Shown here: positions 45,265 through 55,644 of the stretch, one piece after another
Numbering within the stretch: position 1 is the first letter of the stretch
Layout of the letters: the number at the start of each line of letters is the position of its first letter
DNA from: Candidatus Pacebacteria bacterium CG_4_9_14_0_2_um_filter_40_15
Lineage (GTDB): Bacteria > Patescibacteriota > Microgenomatia > UBA1400 > PJMF01
DNA length: 64,000 nt
Reading direction: 5' to 3'
Assembly (NCBI GenBank): GCA_002788675.1
Contig: PFRS01000005.1
Coordinates: 199,767-263,766 of the forward strand
Notes under the pieces: generated by a model
What the model was told of the DNA's origin: nothing
Seen by the model: the letters and a program-made list of their open reading frames with translations, nothing else
Databases searched by the model: none
Made by a program: the position numbers and the translations under genes

Positions 45265-46209
45265 TTACTCTCCTAAACTGACTCCCTTCTTTTGCAATGC
45301 TTCATTAATCACACCAACACTCTTGCCACCGAGGTTTTTAACCTTTGAAATGGTAATTTGAGGGACACCAACGAGATCGCCCACTGTTTCAAATCCACCT
45401 TTTCTAAGCGCATTAGCAATGCGAGTTGGTAAATCGAGCTCTTCAACAGTAAGTCTTAAGACTTCTTTTTCTTCTGGTGAAAGAGCTTCAACTGGTGCTT
45501 CCACTTTAACAACCACTGGTTCGAAAACTTGTGTGAATTGTTGAGCTAAAATACGAGCAGATTGCTGCAACGCATCTAGTGGAGAAAGTGTACCATCAGT
45601 TTCAATATCTAAAACGAGTTTATCAAAGTCAGTACGTCGACCAACACGAGTTTGTTCAACCTTGTAAGATACTTTGATTACAGGACTATAAAGAGCATCA
45701 AGCATAATATCACCAATAGCTTCAGCTTTCTTTTCATCAGCAACAACGTACCCCATGCCTGTTTCAACAGTCATTTCGATTTCAAGAGTATGTTTATCTG
45801 CAACTGTAGCAATAACTTGATCAGTATTAATAACTTCAAGTCCTGCCTCAGCTTGAATATCAGCTGCCGTTACAGTAGCTGGTCCAGCAACAGAAAGACG
45901 CATTTTTGTTGCACCCTCTACACTTGAATGAACTCTAATTTGTTTAACGTTTAATGAAATTTGTAGTACATCTTCAGAAACGCCTTCAACAGTACTGTAG
46001 AGATGCTCTGCACCTTCTACACGCATACTTGAAATTGCTGAACCAGGAAGAGATGTTAAGAGTACTCTGCGAAGAGCATTTCCTAAGGTATGTCCGTATC
46101 CTTGTTCAAGTGGATTCAAGGTGATAACAGCGTGTGTATTTGATGATTCACTTTCAGAAATCTGAAAAGTAGGGCTCATAGCTGGATTTGCTTGTAAATC
46201 TGTGCTCAT
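45265..46209 (-). CDS. rpoA: DNA-directed RNA polymerase subunit alpha
   Basis: N-terminal dimerisation and C-terminal (aCTD) domains; it sits in the conserved position. Confidence 0.9.
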   Translation of the reverse strand: MSTDLQANPAMSPTFQISESESSNTHAVITLNPLEQGYGHTLGNALRRVLLTSLPGSAISSMRVEGAEHLYSTVEGVSEDVLQISLNVKQIRVHSSVEGATKMRLSVAGPATVTAADIQAEAGLEVINTDQVIATVADKHTLEIEMTVETGMGYVVADEKKAEAIGDIMLDALYSPVIKVSYKVEQTRVGRRTDFDKLVLDIETDGTLSPLDALQQSARILAQQFTQVFEPVVVKVEAPVEALSPEEKEVLRLTVEELDLPTRIANALRKGGFETVGDLVGVPQITISKVKNLGGKSVGVINEALQKKGVSLGE

Positions 46210-46296
46210 AGTTTTTTTCCTTTGTTTCTCCTCCCTCGTTTGAGGAATCTGTATACTAGGTTTATATTACTTTATATTACGTATATTTTTATTTCT

Positions 46297-46905
46297 TTAT
46301 CTTGAGTAGTACTCAACAATTAATTGTTCTTGAATTGTTTCAGCAACGTCTGATCGTTCTGGTAAACGAGCAATTTTTGCAACACCACTCTTATTTGATA
46401 ACCAATTTGGTGAAGTAACTGCCTCTGATTTAATAGCTTCAGAAACTGCTGGTATCTTCATACCTTTATTAGTTAGCGAGATAACATCGTGCACTTGCAC
46501 TCGGTATGATGGAATGTCCATTTTCTTACCGTTAACTTGAATGTGTGCATGAGAAACAATTTGACGTGCAGCAGCTCGGGTGTTAGCCCAGCCAAGTCGG
46601 TATACTACATTATCTAGTCTTCTTTCAAGTAAACTAAGCAATGCAGCACCTGTTGCTGTTGGGTTCTTAGAAGCATCTGTGTATAACTTACGAAGTTGCT
46701 TTTCAAGAATTCCATAAATGAATTTAAGTTTTTGTTTTTCTTGTAACTGAGTACCAAAATCAGATGTTTTTCGTCGAGATTTAGCTCCATGCTGTCCTGG
46801 TCGGATAGTGAGTCTTCGAGCTACTTTAAGTGGATTAGACTTCAATCCGAGGTCTTCACCAATTTTTCGAGCAAGTTTGTTACGTGGTCCTGTATATCGT
46901 GCCAT
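46297..46905 (-). CDS. rpsD: 30S ribosomal protein S4
   Basis: MARYTGPRNKLARKIGEDL. Confidence 0.95.
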   Translation of the reverse strand: MARYTGPRNKLARKIGEDLGLKSNPLKVARRLTIRPGQHGAKSRRKTSDFGTQLQEKQKLKFIYGILEKQLRKLYTDASKNPTATGAALLSLLERRLDNVVYRLGWANTRAAARQIVSHAHIQVNGKKMDIPSYRVQVHDVISLTNKGMKIPAVSEAIKSEAVTSPNWLSNKSGVAKIARLPERSDVAETIQEQLIVEYYSR

Positions 46906-46916
46906 AATGTGTATTC

Positions 46917-47321
46917 CTATTTATTGTGCTTAGCCTTACGTGGACGAGTACCATTGTGTGGATCAGGAGTCATGTCGACAATCATTCCCACACGCATACC
47001 CTGAGCCTTGAGCACTCTGAGTGCCACATCTCTTCCTGGGCCAGGTCCTTTAATGAAAACATCCATATTGCTCATGTTAAATCCACGAGCTTTATTGATC
47101 GCATTTTCAACAGTGATGGTTGCTGCGTAAGGAGTAGATTTTCTTGAACCAGAAAATCCTGCTTCTCCAGCAGTTGACCAACAAAGTACGTTACCCTGTT
47201 CGTCAGTAACACTTACTAATGTAGTGTTAAAGGTTGCAGTTACGTATAATCGTCCCTTTTGAACAGAACGAATGTTCTTCTTTACTACTTTTTTATTTTT
47301 TGTAATTCTTGTTTTAGGCAT
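46917..47321 (-). CDS. rpsK: 30S ribosomal protein S11
   Basis: Conserved S11 core and position. Confidence 0.9.
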   Translation of the reverse strand: MPKTRITKNKKVVKKNIRSVQKGRLYVTATFNTTLVSVTDEQGNVLCWSTAGEAGFSGSRKSTPYAATITVENAINKARGFNMSNMDVFIKGPGPGRDVALRVLKAQGMRVGMIVDMTPDPHNGTRPRKAKHNK

Positions 47322-47328
47322 GGGTTAT

Positions 47329-47736
47329 TTACTTCTTCTTTGCTGCTTCTAACTTAGCTGCCATTTCTTTACTCATAGAACCGACAGTGCGTCTCTTAGA
47401 ACCACCACGTGCATTACGTGAATTTGTACGTGTTCTCTGACCACGTGCTGGTAACTTCATAATATGACGTAAACCACGATAACAGCGGATACGCTTTAAA
47501 CGGTCAACGTTATCATTTACATCACGACGAAGATCACCTTCAAGCATGCGACCATCAAGAGCTCTCTGAATACGGTTAACCTCATCAGCGGTAAGATCTC
47601 TAGCTCGCTTATCTGGATCTATGTTAGCAAGTTCCAAAATGTCTGAAGCTGCCTTTTGACCTACTCCATATACAGATTGTAATGAGTAGAAAATCTTTTT
47701 ATGTTCTGGTATATCAACACCAACAATACGTGGCAT
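47329..47736 (-). CDS. rpsM: 30S ribosomal protein S13
   Basis: MPRIVGVDIPEHKKI. Confidence 0.95.
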   Translation of the reverse strand: MPRIVGVDIPEHKKIFYSLQSVYGVGQKAASDILELANIDPDKRARDLTADEVNRIQRALDGRMLEGDLRRDVNDNVDRLKRIRCYRGLRHIMKLPARGQRTRTNSRNARGGSKRRTVGSMSKEMAAKLEAAKKK

Positions 47737-47753
47737 AACGAAAATCCTTTTAA

Positions 47754-47867
47754 TTAACCTTGTCTTACTTTGTGATTTGGATCACTGCATATTACTCGCA
47801 CAACTCCCTTGCGCTTAATAATTTTGCAATGCAAACAGCGTTTCTTGACTGATGATTTAACTTTCAT
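47754..47867 (-). CDS. rpmJ: 50S ribosomal protein L36 (37 aa; below the ORF-track cutoff)
   Basis: Hand translation of the minus strand gives [37 protein letters not shown], with the C-x2-C-x12-C-x4-H zinc ribbon. Confidence 0.9.
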   Translation of the reverse strand: MKVKSSVKKRCLHCKIIKRKGVVRVICSDPNHKVRQG

Positions 47868-47931
47868 ACTAGTTTCTCTCTTTTTTTTGCCAGGCTTGAA
47901 TTCTACCTCAAATACCCGTTTTCTAAAAGTA

Positions 47932-48297
47932 CTAATTTGACTGCGAAGGCTTTTTTACCGATCTATAGGTGATTTTACACTTTTTGAGGTCATATTTTGA
48001 CACATAACCCTTGATATAATCACCAGGTAAAACCCTGATTCTAAACAATCGCATCTTTCCAACTAATGTTCCGAGCAAAGTTAACCCAATCATAGGGGTA
48101 ACTTCTGACTCAGTCACCTTCACTCTAAACATTGTATTTGGCAAACATTCTTCGACAACTCCCTCAACTTCAAATCTATCTCGATCTGCTGATTTAGTTG
48201 TTGTGGTATCTACCTGACGTTTAGCCTTTGCTGAACGCTTATGGTCTTGTACTTTTCCCATAGTTTTTTTATTTCCTTTGTCTTGGTTTGAGTCCAA
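47932..48297 (-). CDS. infA: Translation initiation factor IF-1 with basic N-terminal extension and internal insertion
   Basis: [11 protein letters not shown]...[16 protein letters not shown]...[11 protein letters not shown] matches the IF-1 S1 fold, with an extra ~10-aa hydrophobic insert ([13 protein letters not shown]) and ~45 extra N-terminal aa. Confidence 0.75.
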   Translation of the reverse strand: MDSNQDKGNKKTMGKVQDHKRSAKAKRQVDTTTTKSADRDRFEVEGVVEECLPNTMFRVKVTESEVTPMIGLTLLGTLVGKMRLFRIRVLPGDYIKGYVSKYDLKKCKITYRSVKKPSQSN

Positions 48298-48384
48298 ACC
48301 GTATTCTACCTCGACTTACCATGCAAAATCAATCCACACATGCGGGGGAGGTATGTATTATAGCAAATTTTATTAAAAAAGTCA

Positions 48385-49128
48385 TTATGCTGATTGAGTC
48401 AGCACTTCAGGTCCGTTTTTTGTGATTAAAACCGTCTCTTCAAACATTCCAGAAAGAGAACCATCATCTGTTTTATATGTCCAACCATCGGAATCTTCAA
48501 CTACGTAGGCAGAACCTTCCGCATACATAACTTCAATCGCCACAGTTTGACCAACAGATAATTTCTTTTTTTTATCAGCTCGATAAGCTACACAAGGAAT
48601 TGCTGGATCCATGTGCAGTTCTTTACCAATACCATGGCCAGTTAATTGCGTAACCGCACCATAATTGTACTTTTTTAGACCTTTTTCCATCGCATAACTT
48701 ATGTCATATACTGAATTTCCAGGCTTTGCTTTTGCAATAGCAGCATCGACTATCTCACGACCTCGCTCTAAAAAAAGAGTCACTTCTTCTCGAACTGCCC
48801 CTACTGCAAAGGTTATTGTGGTATCTAGATGATAGCCATGACTAATCAGACCAACATCAATAGTAATAACATCACCGTCATCAACATACTTATGTTTAGG
48901 AATACCATGACAAAGCTCATCATTTTTCATAACACAGGTTGCCCAATCGTACCCAGGAACTGTTGAAAAACTTGGTGTATATCCGGCTGCACGGATAAGT
49001 CTTTGAGCTTCTGCTTCAATCTCTTCAAACGAAGTTCCCACTTTAGTGAAATCTTTTAAAGCAGTTTTAACTTTTCCTAGTGCTTTTCCACCAGCTCTCA
49101 TTGCTTCAATTTTTTTTGTGTCAGTCAT
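48385..49128 (-). CDS. map: Methionine aminopeptidase type I
   Basis: Conserved metal ligands are present in context (D..D..H..E..E pattern). Start taken at MTDTKKIEAMRAGG. Confidence 0.85.
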   Translation of the reverse strand: MTDTKKIEAMRAGGKALGKVKTALKDFTKVGTSFEEIEAEAQRLIRAAGYTPSFSTVPGYDWATCVMKNDELCHGIPKHKYVDDGDVITIDVGLISHGYHLDTTITFAVGAVREEVTLFLERGREIVDAAIAKAKPGNSVYDISYAMEKGLKKYNYGAVTQLTGHGIGKELHMDPAIPCVAYRADKKKKLSVGQTVAIEVMYAEGSAYVVEDSDGWTYKTDDGSLSGMFEETVLITKNGPEVLTQSA

Positions 49129-49197
49129 GTGTACTTTCAAAAACAGGCCTAGAAAACACACTGTGTTCTTCTAAGCCTGTTGCTGTAGCAGTTTAGA

Positions 49198-49743
49198 TTA
49201 TTTTGTGTTTTTCTCTATTCCAGCAACAATATCCTTAAATACTTGATCAATATCATTTTCACCATTAATTGAAACCAATTTTTTCTGTTGTCGATAAAAT
49301 TCTATCACAGGTTCAGTCATTTCATGGAATAGCTCAATACGTTTGCGGATTGCATGTACTGTTTCATCATCTCTATCACCAACTCGTCCAGCAATTCTCC
49401 ATAATGCTTCTTTATCTGATACATCAAGGAACACAACTTGGTCAACTCCACCGTTAAAGGCCTCTGCTTGCACCTCAGTTCTTGGAAAACCGTCTAGGAT
49501 GTAGCCACTGGCATATTCTGGCTTCTCAAGATAAGTGAGCATGATTTCGAGCGTCTTTTCGTCTGGAACAAGTGCTCCTGAATTGATAGTTTCTTTTAAC
49601 CATCTACCTAATGTTGACTTCTCCTTAGCCATTGATCGAAAAATGTGCCCAGATGACAAATAGGGAATATTATATTTTTCTGATAAAAAATTACCTTGTG
49701 TAGATTTTCCAGCACCCTGGATTCCGATAAGAACGATTTTCAT
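49198..49743 (-). CDS. adk: Adenylate kinase (short form)
   Basis: P-loop MKIVLIGIQGAGKSTQG. Start taken at MKIVLIG. Confidence 0.85.
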   Translation of the reverse strand: MKIVLIGIQGAGKSTQGNFLSEKYNIPYLSSGHIFRSMAKEKSTLGRWLKETINSGALVPDEKTLEIMLTYLEKPEYASGYILDGFPRTEVQAEAFNGGVDQVVFLDVSDKEALWRIAGRVGDRDDETVHAIRKRIELFHEMTEPVIEFYRQQKKLVSINGENDIDQVFKDIVAGIEKNTK

Positions 49744-49794
49744 ATGTTTCCCCACTATTATAATTCTGGACCCCACTCCAGAATTGCTGTTTAT

Positions 49795-51078
49795 TTATAG
49801 GTACTTGTCGTAGTTTTGTTCAACAAGCATACTTTCTGCCTGTTTGGACGTCTCTAAAATAACAGAGACTACGATGAGTAAACTCGTACCACTCACTGCT
49901 AAAGAACCCACATCTGTAAAGATCTGAGCAACAATCGGCAGTATTGCAATACCGCTTAAGAAGACGGCACCAATAAAAGTAATACGAATAACTACATATT
50001 CAAGGAATTTTTTGGTGGCAGCACCAGGTCGAATTCCGGCCACAAAAGCACCTGATTTTTTGAGTTCATCGGAAATATCTTCAGCGTTAAAGAACAAGAG
50101 TGCAGAGACAAATGAAAAGATAAAGACAATAGCAAAATAGGTAACAATATACAATGGAGCAGTTTGAGTGAACTGAATAGCCAAAAATTGTCCAATTGAT
50201 ACTAATTGTTGATTAGTTGATGCTAAGAAAAGTCGAGATAAGAAGGATGGAACTAACATTATGGATACAGCAAAAATAATTGGCATAACACCAGCAACGT
50301 TTACTCTAATAGGCAAATGACTTTTTTGTCCACCATATACTTTGCTTCCACGAACACGCTTTGCATACTGTATTGGAACTTTTCGAACTGCTTCGTTCAT
50401 AAACACAGTTAATGCAATCACTGCAATAAATACCGTAGCAAACGAAATAAGGGTAAAAAATTGTGACCCACCTCCACCATAGGCAATTTGTGCAAAACTT
50501 TGAGGCACTTGGCTTAAAATGCCACCCAAGAGAATCATTGAAATACCGTTACCAATACCATACACAGAAATGAGCTCGCCCAACCAGGTAATGATCATGG
50601 CACCTGCAACCAGGGTAAGTATCATGGCAACAATTGATAAAGGATCGGCGGTTTCGAGTAGCCCTTGTGATCTAAGAAGTGCAAGCACAGATAAGCCTTG
50701 AGCAACAGCCAATGGGACTGACAGAAATCGGGTATACTGATTGAGTTTTTCTCTTCCGGCCTCACCATCCTTTTGAAGCTCTTTAATTTGAGGAACAACC
50801 ATACCAGCAAGCTGCATAATAATAGATGCAGTAATATAGGGACTAATTCCCACGGCCATAACTGAAAAGTTAGATAGTGTTCCACCTGAAAAAATGTTTA
50901 GTAAACTTAAAAATTGATTTGTAGCAAATAGAGAAGTTAATTTAGCCACATCAACACCAGGAACTGGAACATGTGCTAACAATCTAAAAACGAAGAAAAT
51001 GCTTGCAGTAAAGAAGAGTTTCCTTTTCAACTCTGGATTTTTGATTATTTTGCCCAAAAAAGTTGTTATTTTGTTCAT
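49795..51078 (-). CDS. secY: Preprotein translocase SecY
   Basis: 10 TM with conserved SecY blocks. It sits between rplO and adk. Confidence 0.95.
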   Translation of the reverse strand: MNKITTFLGKIIKNPELKRKLFFTASIFFVFRLLAHVPVPGVDVAKLTSLFATNQFLSLLNIFSGGTLSNFSVMAVGISPYITASIIMQLAGMVVPQIKELQKDGEAGREKLNQYTRFLSVPLAVAQGLSVLALLRSQGLLETADPLSIVAMILTLVAGAMIITWLGELISVYGIGNGISMILLGGILSQVPQSFAQIAYGGGGSQFFTLISFATVFIAVIALTVFMNEAVRKVPIQYAKRVRGSKVYGGQKSHLPIRVNVAGVMPIIFAVSIMLVPSFLSRLFLASTNQQLVSIGQFLAIQFTQTAPLYIVTYFAIVFIFSFVSALLFFNAEDISDELKKSGAFVAGIRPGAATKKFLEYVVIRITFIGAVFLSGIAILPIVAQIFTDVGSLAVSGTSLLIVVSVILETSKQAESMLVEQNYDKYL

Positions 51079-51137
51079 TTATTACAGAACTCTCTTTAAT
51101 TGCCTTGATTGCCAGAGCACTACTGTACTATAAAAGC

Positions 51138-51575
51138 TTAAGCAATACTACCGTCGTTTTTTTCGATTATACTCTTCGCAGCTTTAGAAACAGGTACACC
51201 TTGTACAGTAACTTTTCTTGTTAACTCACCTGAAGCAATAATCTTTGCTTTTTTAAATCGTGAATCGATAACTTTTTCAAGTTTAAGAGCATCAAGAGTA
51301 ATAACATCAGCTGTCATGTTTTGAATTGCTGAAAGGGTGACTTCTGCAGTTGGGCGAACAACATTAAGTTTACCTTTACCACGAAGCATTGGTAATCTCT
51401 TAATAAGAGGTAACTGTCCACCTTCAAACCAGAGTGGCACTTTACTTCCCTGACGAGATTTATATCCCTTTGTACCTCGAGTAGAGTTATGACCACCTTT
51501 TCCAGAGCCATAGCCACGACCGATGCGCTTTTGAGATTTTGTTGTTGTTTTGTTTAGTGTTCCAAGTAATGACAT
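51138..51575 (-). CDS. rplO: 50S ribosomal protein L15
   Basis: KRIGRGYGSGKGGHNSTRGTKG. Confidence 0.9.
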   Translation of the reverse strand: MSLLGTLNKTTTKSQKRIGRGYGSGKGGHNSTRGTKGYKSRQGSKVPLWFEGGQLPLIKRLPMLRGKGKLNVVRPTAEVTLSAIQNMTADVITLDALKLEKVIDSRFKKAKIIASGELTRKVTVQGVPVSKAAKSIIEKNDGSIA

Positions 51576-51587
51576 GCTATCAAACCT

Positions 51588-52295
51588 TTATTTTTTTTCT
51601 TCAGCTACTTTTTTTTCAGCCTTTTGTGCAACTTTTGGTTTTGCTACAGTCTTTGCTTCTGCTTTTGCAGCTGCTTTTTTAACAGGCTTCTTAGCCACTT
51701 TATTAGCTGGTGATTTCTTATCTGAACTTTCTTCAGATGATTCAGCACGCTTCGCATGCTTTTCTTGTAATTCTTTTTGCTTAGATGCTTCTTCAGCTTC
51801 AACGTCTGCAATTGATTTAAGCTTAATACCCTTTAATTCAACAATTTTTTGAATTTGAGTAAGAGCTTCAAAAGTTGCATATACGCTAGATGCTTGATTT
51901 TCAGATCCTAAAATTTTGCTTGAGATATCTCGAACGCCGGCTGCTTCAACAACTGCGCGAACTGGACCACCTGCAATAACACCTGAACCCTGAGGAGCAG
52001 GCTTGAGCATAACTCGACCAGCACCTTTTTTCACCGTGATAGCAAAAGGAATAGTTGTACCATTTAAAGGAACAGTAATTAACTTCTTTTTAGCCTTTTT
52101 TATGCCTTTGCGAATTGCAGAGACAACGTCTTTAGCTTTTCCAAGTCCTACTCCAACGCGACCTTTTCTGTCGCCAACAACCATCAATACAGAAAATCCA
52201 ACATTATTTCCACCCTTTGTCTTTTTTGAGACGCGTGAAATCTGGATTACTTTCTCTTCAAATTCTTTTGGTTCTTGCTGTTTATTAGTTCTCAT
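51588..52295 (-). CDS. rpsE: 30S ribosomal protein S5 with ~70-aa Lys/Ala/Glu-rich C-terminal extension; no rpmD (L30) between it and rplO
   Basis: S5 core VIQISRVSKKTKGGNNVGFSVLMVVGD. The tail is ...KKSPANKVAKKPVKKAAAKAEAKTVAKPK... Confidence 0.9.
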   Translation of the reverse strand: MRTNKQQEPKEFEEKVIQISRVSKKTKGGNNVGFSVLMVVGDRKGRVGVGLGKAKDVVSAIRKGIKKAKKKLITVPLNGTTIPFAITVKKGAGRVMLKPAPQGSGVIAGGPVRAVVEAAGVRDISSKILGSENQASSVYATFEALTQIQKIVELKGIKLKSIADVEAEEASKQKELQEKHAKRAESSEESSDKKSPANKVAKKPVKKAAAKAEAKTVAKPKVAQKAEKKVAEEKK

Positions 52296-52298
52296 TGG

Positions 52299-52664
52299 TT
52301 ATACCTCAATACCTTTTTCTCGTAGAATTTCTGCAACTTTACTTACTCGACCGTGGTATTTATATTGTCCTCGATCAAATACGACTGTAGAAATTTTTTG
52401 TTTCTTTAATGCTGCAGCAAGTTCTGAAGCAGCGATTGCTGCTGTCTCAGTCTTTGTACCAGCATCTTTTCCACTCTTACGAAGTGCTGCATCACTTGCA
52501 GAAGCAAGAGTGAGTCCAGCATCGTCGTTTATTGCTTGGATGTAAATGTATTTGTTAGTTCTTTCAACACTAACTCGAGGTCTTGCTGCTGTACCATGCA
52601 ATTTTGTACGGACGCGCATCTTTCTCTTTTGTTGTGTTGATTTGTTATGTTTAATTGTTGGCAT
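52299..52664 (-). CDS. rplR: 50S ribosomal protein L18
   Basis: Conserved position and composition. Confidence 0.85.
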   Translation of the reverse strand: MPTIKHNKSTQQKRKMRVRTKLHGTAARPRVSVERTNKYIYIQAINDDAGLTLASASDAALRKSGKDAGTKTETAAIAASELAAALKKQKISTVVFDRGQYKYHGRVSKVAEILREKGIEV

Positions 52665-52685
52665 ATCTTATTTCCTCAGTCGATC

Positions 52686-53222
52686 TTACGCTGCTGCTTT
52701 ACCTTGTTTTCTTCGAACAACCTCATCTTCGTAGCGAATTCCTTTACCTTTGTAAGGTTCTGGAGGTCGAACTTTACGAATAATAGCTGCAACTTGACCT
52801 ACTTTTTGCTTATCAAATCCCATGATATGCACAGTGTCTTGACCCTCAACTTTAATTTCCACTCCATCAATTGGAGTGATAACTACTGGATGTGAGTAGC
52901 CCACTGAAAGTTCAACTGCTTTACCTTGTGCTTTAGCGCGATACCCAGTACCGACAAGCTTAAGCGTCTTCTTAAACCCTTCAGCAACACCAGTAATACT
53001 GTTATTTATCAAGCTTCGAACTAAACCATGAAGTGATTTAGTATGCTTTTCTTCATTTTTGCGAGTTACTTGCACGCTGTCACCTTCAACAGAAACTGCG
53101 ATCTTAGCTGGAATTTCGACGATCAATTCGCCTTTCGTTCCTTTAACCACGACAGACTTACCAGTAACAGTTACTGTAACTCCTTGTGGGATTGTGATTG
53201 GTGTTCTTCCGATTCTTGACAT
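52686..53222 (-). CDS. rplF: 50S ribosomal protein L6
   Basis: MSRIGRTPITIPQGVTVTV. Confidence 0.9.
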   Translation of the reverse strand: MSRIGRTPITIPQGVTVTVTGKSVVVKGTKGELIVEIPAKIAVSVEGDSVQVTRKNEEKHTKSLHGLVRSLINNSITGVAEGFKKTLKLVGTGYRAKAQGKAVELSVGYSHPVVITPIDGVEIKVEGQDTVHIMGFDKQKVGQVAAIIRKVRPPEPYKGKGIRYEDEVVRRKQGKAAA

Positions 53223-53243
53223 ACGTATTATTTTCTTTTGCTT

Positions 53244-53633
53244 TTACCAGATCTGACAGAGTAGTTCGCCGCCTACGTTGGCTTTGCGAGCTGCTACATC
53301 AGTCATAACGCCTTTACTTGTTGAAACAATGGTAATTCCATATCCACCCAAAGCTTTAGGGACTGCATCAGAAGGTGAGTACACCCTTCGTCCTGGCTTT
53401 GAAAGACGTTTCACGTCATTGATAGCAGGTTGTCTACCAATATATTTAAGCGTTACTACTAACATACTAAATGGCTTTTCTTCACGTACTTCTACGGAAG
53501 AGAGATAGCCCTCATTTACTAAAATATCAGCGATAGATTTTTTAACCTTTGAGAACGGTGCTTCAACGACAGTTTTACGTGCCATGTGAGCGTTCTTGAT
53601 TCGGATGATGAAATCTGCAATTGGATCAGTCAT
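53244..53633 (-). CDS. rpsH: 30S ribosomal protein S8
   Basis: MTDPIADFIIRIKNA. Confidence 0.9.
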   Translation of the reverse strand: MTDPIADFIIRIKNAHMARKTVVEAPFSKVKKSIADILVNEGYLSSVEVREEKPFSMLVVTLKYIGRQPAINDVKRLSKPGRRVYSPSDAVPKALGGYGITIVSTSKGVMTDVAARKANVGGELLCQIW

Positions 53634-53641
53634 AACTCACT

Positions 53642-53872
53642 TTACTTACTGGATTTTACTACTCCAGGTAATTCCCCTTTTAATGCTAATTCTCGGAAAG
53701 TGAGACGGCTTAGACCAAAGAATCGCATGTATCCTCTTGGACGTCCGGTCACTTTGCAACGGTTCACACCACGTGTTGAGAATTTATTCTCTTTCTTAAC
53801 ACCTGCTGCTTCGTAAGCGTTGCGTTTTGCTAGTAATTTCTTAGATTTTGCAATCTTAGACTTTTTTGCCAT
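53642..53872 (-). CDS. rpsN: 30S ribosomal protein S14 (short, non-zinc form)
   Basis: C-terminal [16 protein letters not shown]. Confidence 0.85.
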   Translation of the reverse strand: MAKKSKIAKSKKLLAKRNAYEAAGVKKENKFSTRGVNRCKVTGRPRGYMRFFGLSRLTFRELALKGELPGVVKSSK

Positions 53873-53884
53873 GTAGCAATTCCT

Positions 53885-54445
53885 TTATTTACTTTCTTCT
53901 TTTTCAAACGGCATTCCTAATAACTCTAGGAGTCTGAATGCCTGCTCGTCAGTTTCTGCTGTAGTCACAAAATTAATTTGTAAACTTCTGACGTTTTCGA
54001 TACTATCATAATTGATTTCTGGGAAAATTATCTGTTCTTCGATACCCAGACTGTAGTTGCCTTGTCCATCAAATGCAACTCTTGAAACTCCGCGGAAGTC
54101 TTTTACACGTGGAAGTGCGATTGAAATCAACTTAGTAACAAAATCCCACATTCTTTGACCTCTAAGAGTAACCATAACACCCATTGGATCACCTTCACGA
54201 AGTTTAAATCCTGCGATTGACTTCTTTGCCAGCGTAATCTGAGGCTTTTGACCAGTGATTGTCTCGAACTGTGTAACAATATTTTCCAATATTGGTTTGC
54301 GAGCACGTGGATCAACTGGGTTAGTAACTCCAATATTGAGTACTACCTTTTGTAGATGTGGCACTGCAAAAACATTGTCTATACCGAACTCTTTTTCAAG
54401 TTGTGGTACTAATTCTTGCTGGTAGGTTGTTTTCAAATCTGACAT
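53885..54445 (-). CDS. rplE: 50S ribosomal protein L5
   Basis: Conserved L5 blocks and position. Confidence 0.9.
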   Translation of the reverse strand: MSDLKTTYQQELVPQLEKEFGIDNVFAVPHLQKVVLNIGVTNPVDPRARKPILENIVTQFETITGQKPQITLAKKSIAGFKLREGDPMGVMVTLRGQRMWDFVTKLISIALPRVKDFRGVSRVAFDGQGNYSLGIEEQIIFPEINYDSIENVRSLQINFVTTAETDEQAFRLLELLGMPFEKEESK

Positions 54446-54456
54446 ATCGAGTATCT

Positions 54457-54786
54457 TTATTTCTTAGCTTCTGTTTTTGGCTCTGGTACAGCTGCACCAG
54501 TTTTCTTAAAGACACGAGTCTTTGAACCATCTTTAGCTACTTTGTAACCAATTCTGTCTACTTCACCTTTATCGTTAACAAGTGCAATCTTTGCAGTTGA
54601 TAATGCTCTTTCGACTGAAAGCTTATCACCACTTCGACCACCCATAGGCTTAACATGTTTAACATACATGTTTGCACCTTCAACAACCACGGTATTCTTC
54701 TTAGGAATAACTTTAACAATACTGCTAAGTTTACCCTTATCTTTACCGCTCGTTACTTTAACTTTGTCTCCGACTTTAAATTTCAT
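54457..54786 (-). CDS. rplX: 50S ribosomal protein L24
   Basis: MKFKVGDKVKVTSGKDKGK (KOW). Confidence 0.9.
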   Translation of the reverse strand: MKFKVGDKVKVTSGKDKGKLSSIVKVIPKKNTVVVEGANMYVKHVKPMGGRSGDKLSVERALSTAKIALVNDKGEVDRIGYKVAKDGSKTRVFKKTGAAVPEPKTEAKK

Positions 54787-54800
54787 ATATTAGTTTCCGT

Positions 54801-55175
54801 TTATAGAACTTCAGGTGCTAAACTAGCAATCTTACTATATCCTTTGTCCTTAACTTCTCGAGCAATTGGACCAAAGACACGAGTTCCTATTGGAGCATTG
54901 TTCTTTCGAGATTCAATAATAACTGCTGCGTTATCATCAAAACGTACATACTCTCCATTTGCACGGCGAGTTTCTTTGCGTGTACGAACAATTACTGCTT
55001 TAACTTTTTCACCTTTTTTAATCGTTCCATTTGCATCAGCTTGAATAACTGAAGCAGCGACGATGTCACCTACATACCCGAATCGTCTTTTTGATCCACC
55101 GTGTACTTGAATGACGCGAATTTTCTTGGCACCACTATTATCAGCAATTTGTAATACAGATCTTAATTGAATCAT
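54801..55175 (-). CDS. rplN: 50S ribosomal protein L14
   Basis: [17 protein letters not shown]. Confidence 0.95.
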   Translation of the reverse strand: MIQLRSVLQIADNSGAKKIRVIQVHGGSKRRFGYVGDIVAASVIQADANGTIKKGEKVKAVIVRTRKETRRANGEYVRFDDNAAVIIESRKNNAPIGTRVFGPIAREVKDKGYSKIASLAPEVL

Positions 55176-55184
55176 GATGGCCTC

Positions 55185-55418
55185 TTATTTCTCAACCTTG
55201 TTAACAACTCTAAATCGCTTGGTTTTACTCACTGGAGCGCAACCTACGATGGCAACAATATCGCCTTCTTTAAGTTCCATGCCTTCGTAGTGACAAGCAT
55301 ATCCCTTGTTTCGTTTAACAGACTTACCGTAGAGTGGGTGTGCCCACATACGTTCAACACTCACCTTAGCGGTGTTGGCTGTCTTAAGCGATGTGACTAT
55401 TCCTTGTATACTTTTCAT
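55185..55418 (-). CDS. rpsQ: 30S ribosomal protein S17
   Basis: OB-fold S17 and position. Confidence 0.85.
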   Translation of the reverse strand: MKSIQGIVTSLKTANTAKVSVERMWAHPLYGKSVKRNKGYACHYEGMELKEGDIVAIVGCAPVSKTKRFRVVNKVEK

Positions 55419-55437
55419 GCATCAACCTCTCTTACGC

Positions 55438-55641
55438 TTACGCGGTTTCGAGTTCCTTTTTTCTAATAACAGTTTTCACTCGAGCTACATCATCTGCAAT
55501 CATAGCAATATGAGTGTTCTGACGACGACCAGCTTTCATTTCAAGACGTGCGCGGGCGAGTTCTTTTGATAACTCTGCGACCTGAGCTTGAAGTTCTGCT
55601 ACTGTCTTTTCTTGTAGTGCTCGAATATCATTTTGTTTCAT
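55438..55641 (-). CDS. rpmC: 50S ribosomal protein L29
   Basis: Coiled 67-aa protein in position. Confidence 0.8.
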   Translation of the reverse strand: MKQNDIRALQEKTVAELQAQVAELSKELARARLEMKAGRRQNTHIAMIADDVARVKTVIRKKELETA

Positions 55642-55644
55642 ACG

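Noticed and set aside
46292-46310. Palindrome TTGAGTAGTACTCAA overlapping the rpsD stop codon
   Set aside because: It is short (7 bp) with a 1-nt loop and is more likely coincidental. No U-tract follows on the transcribed strand.
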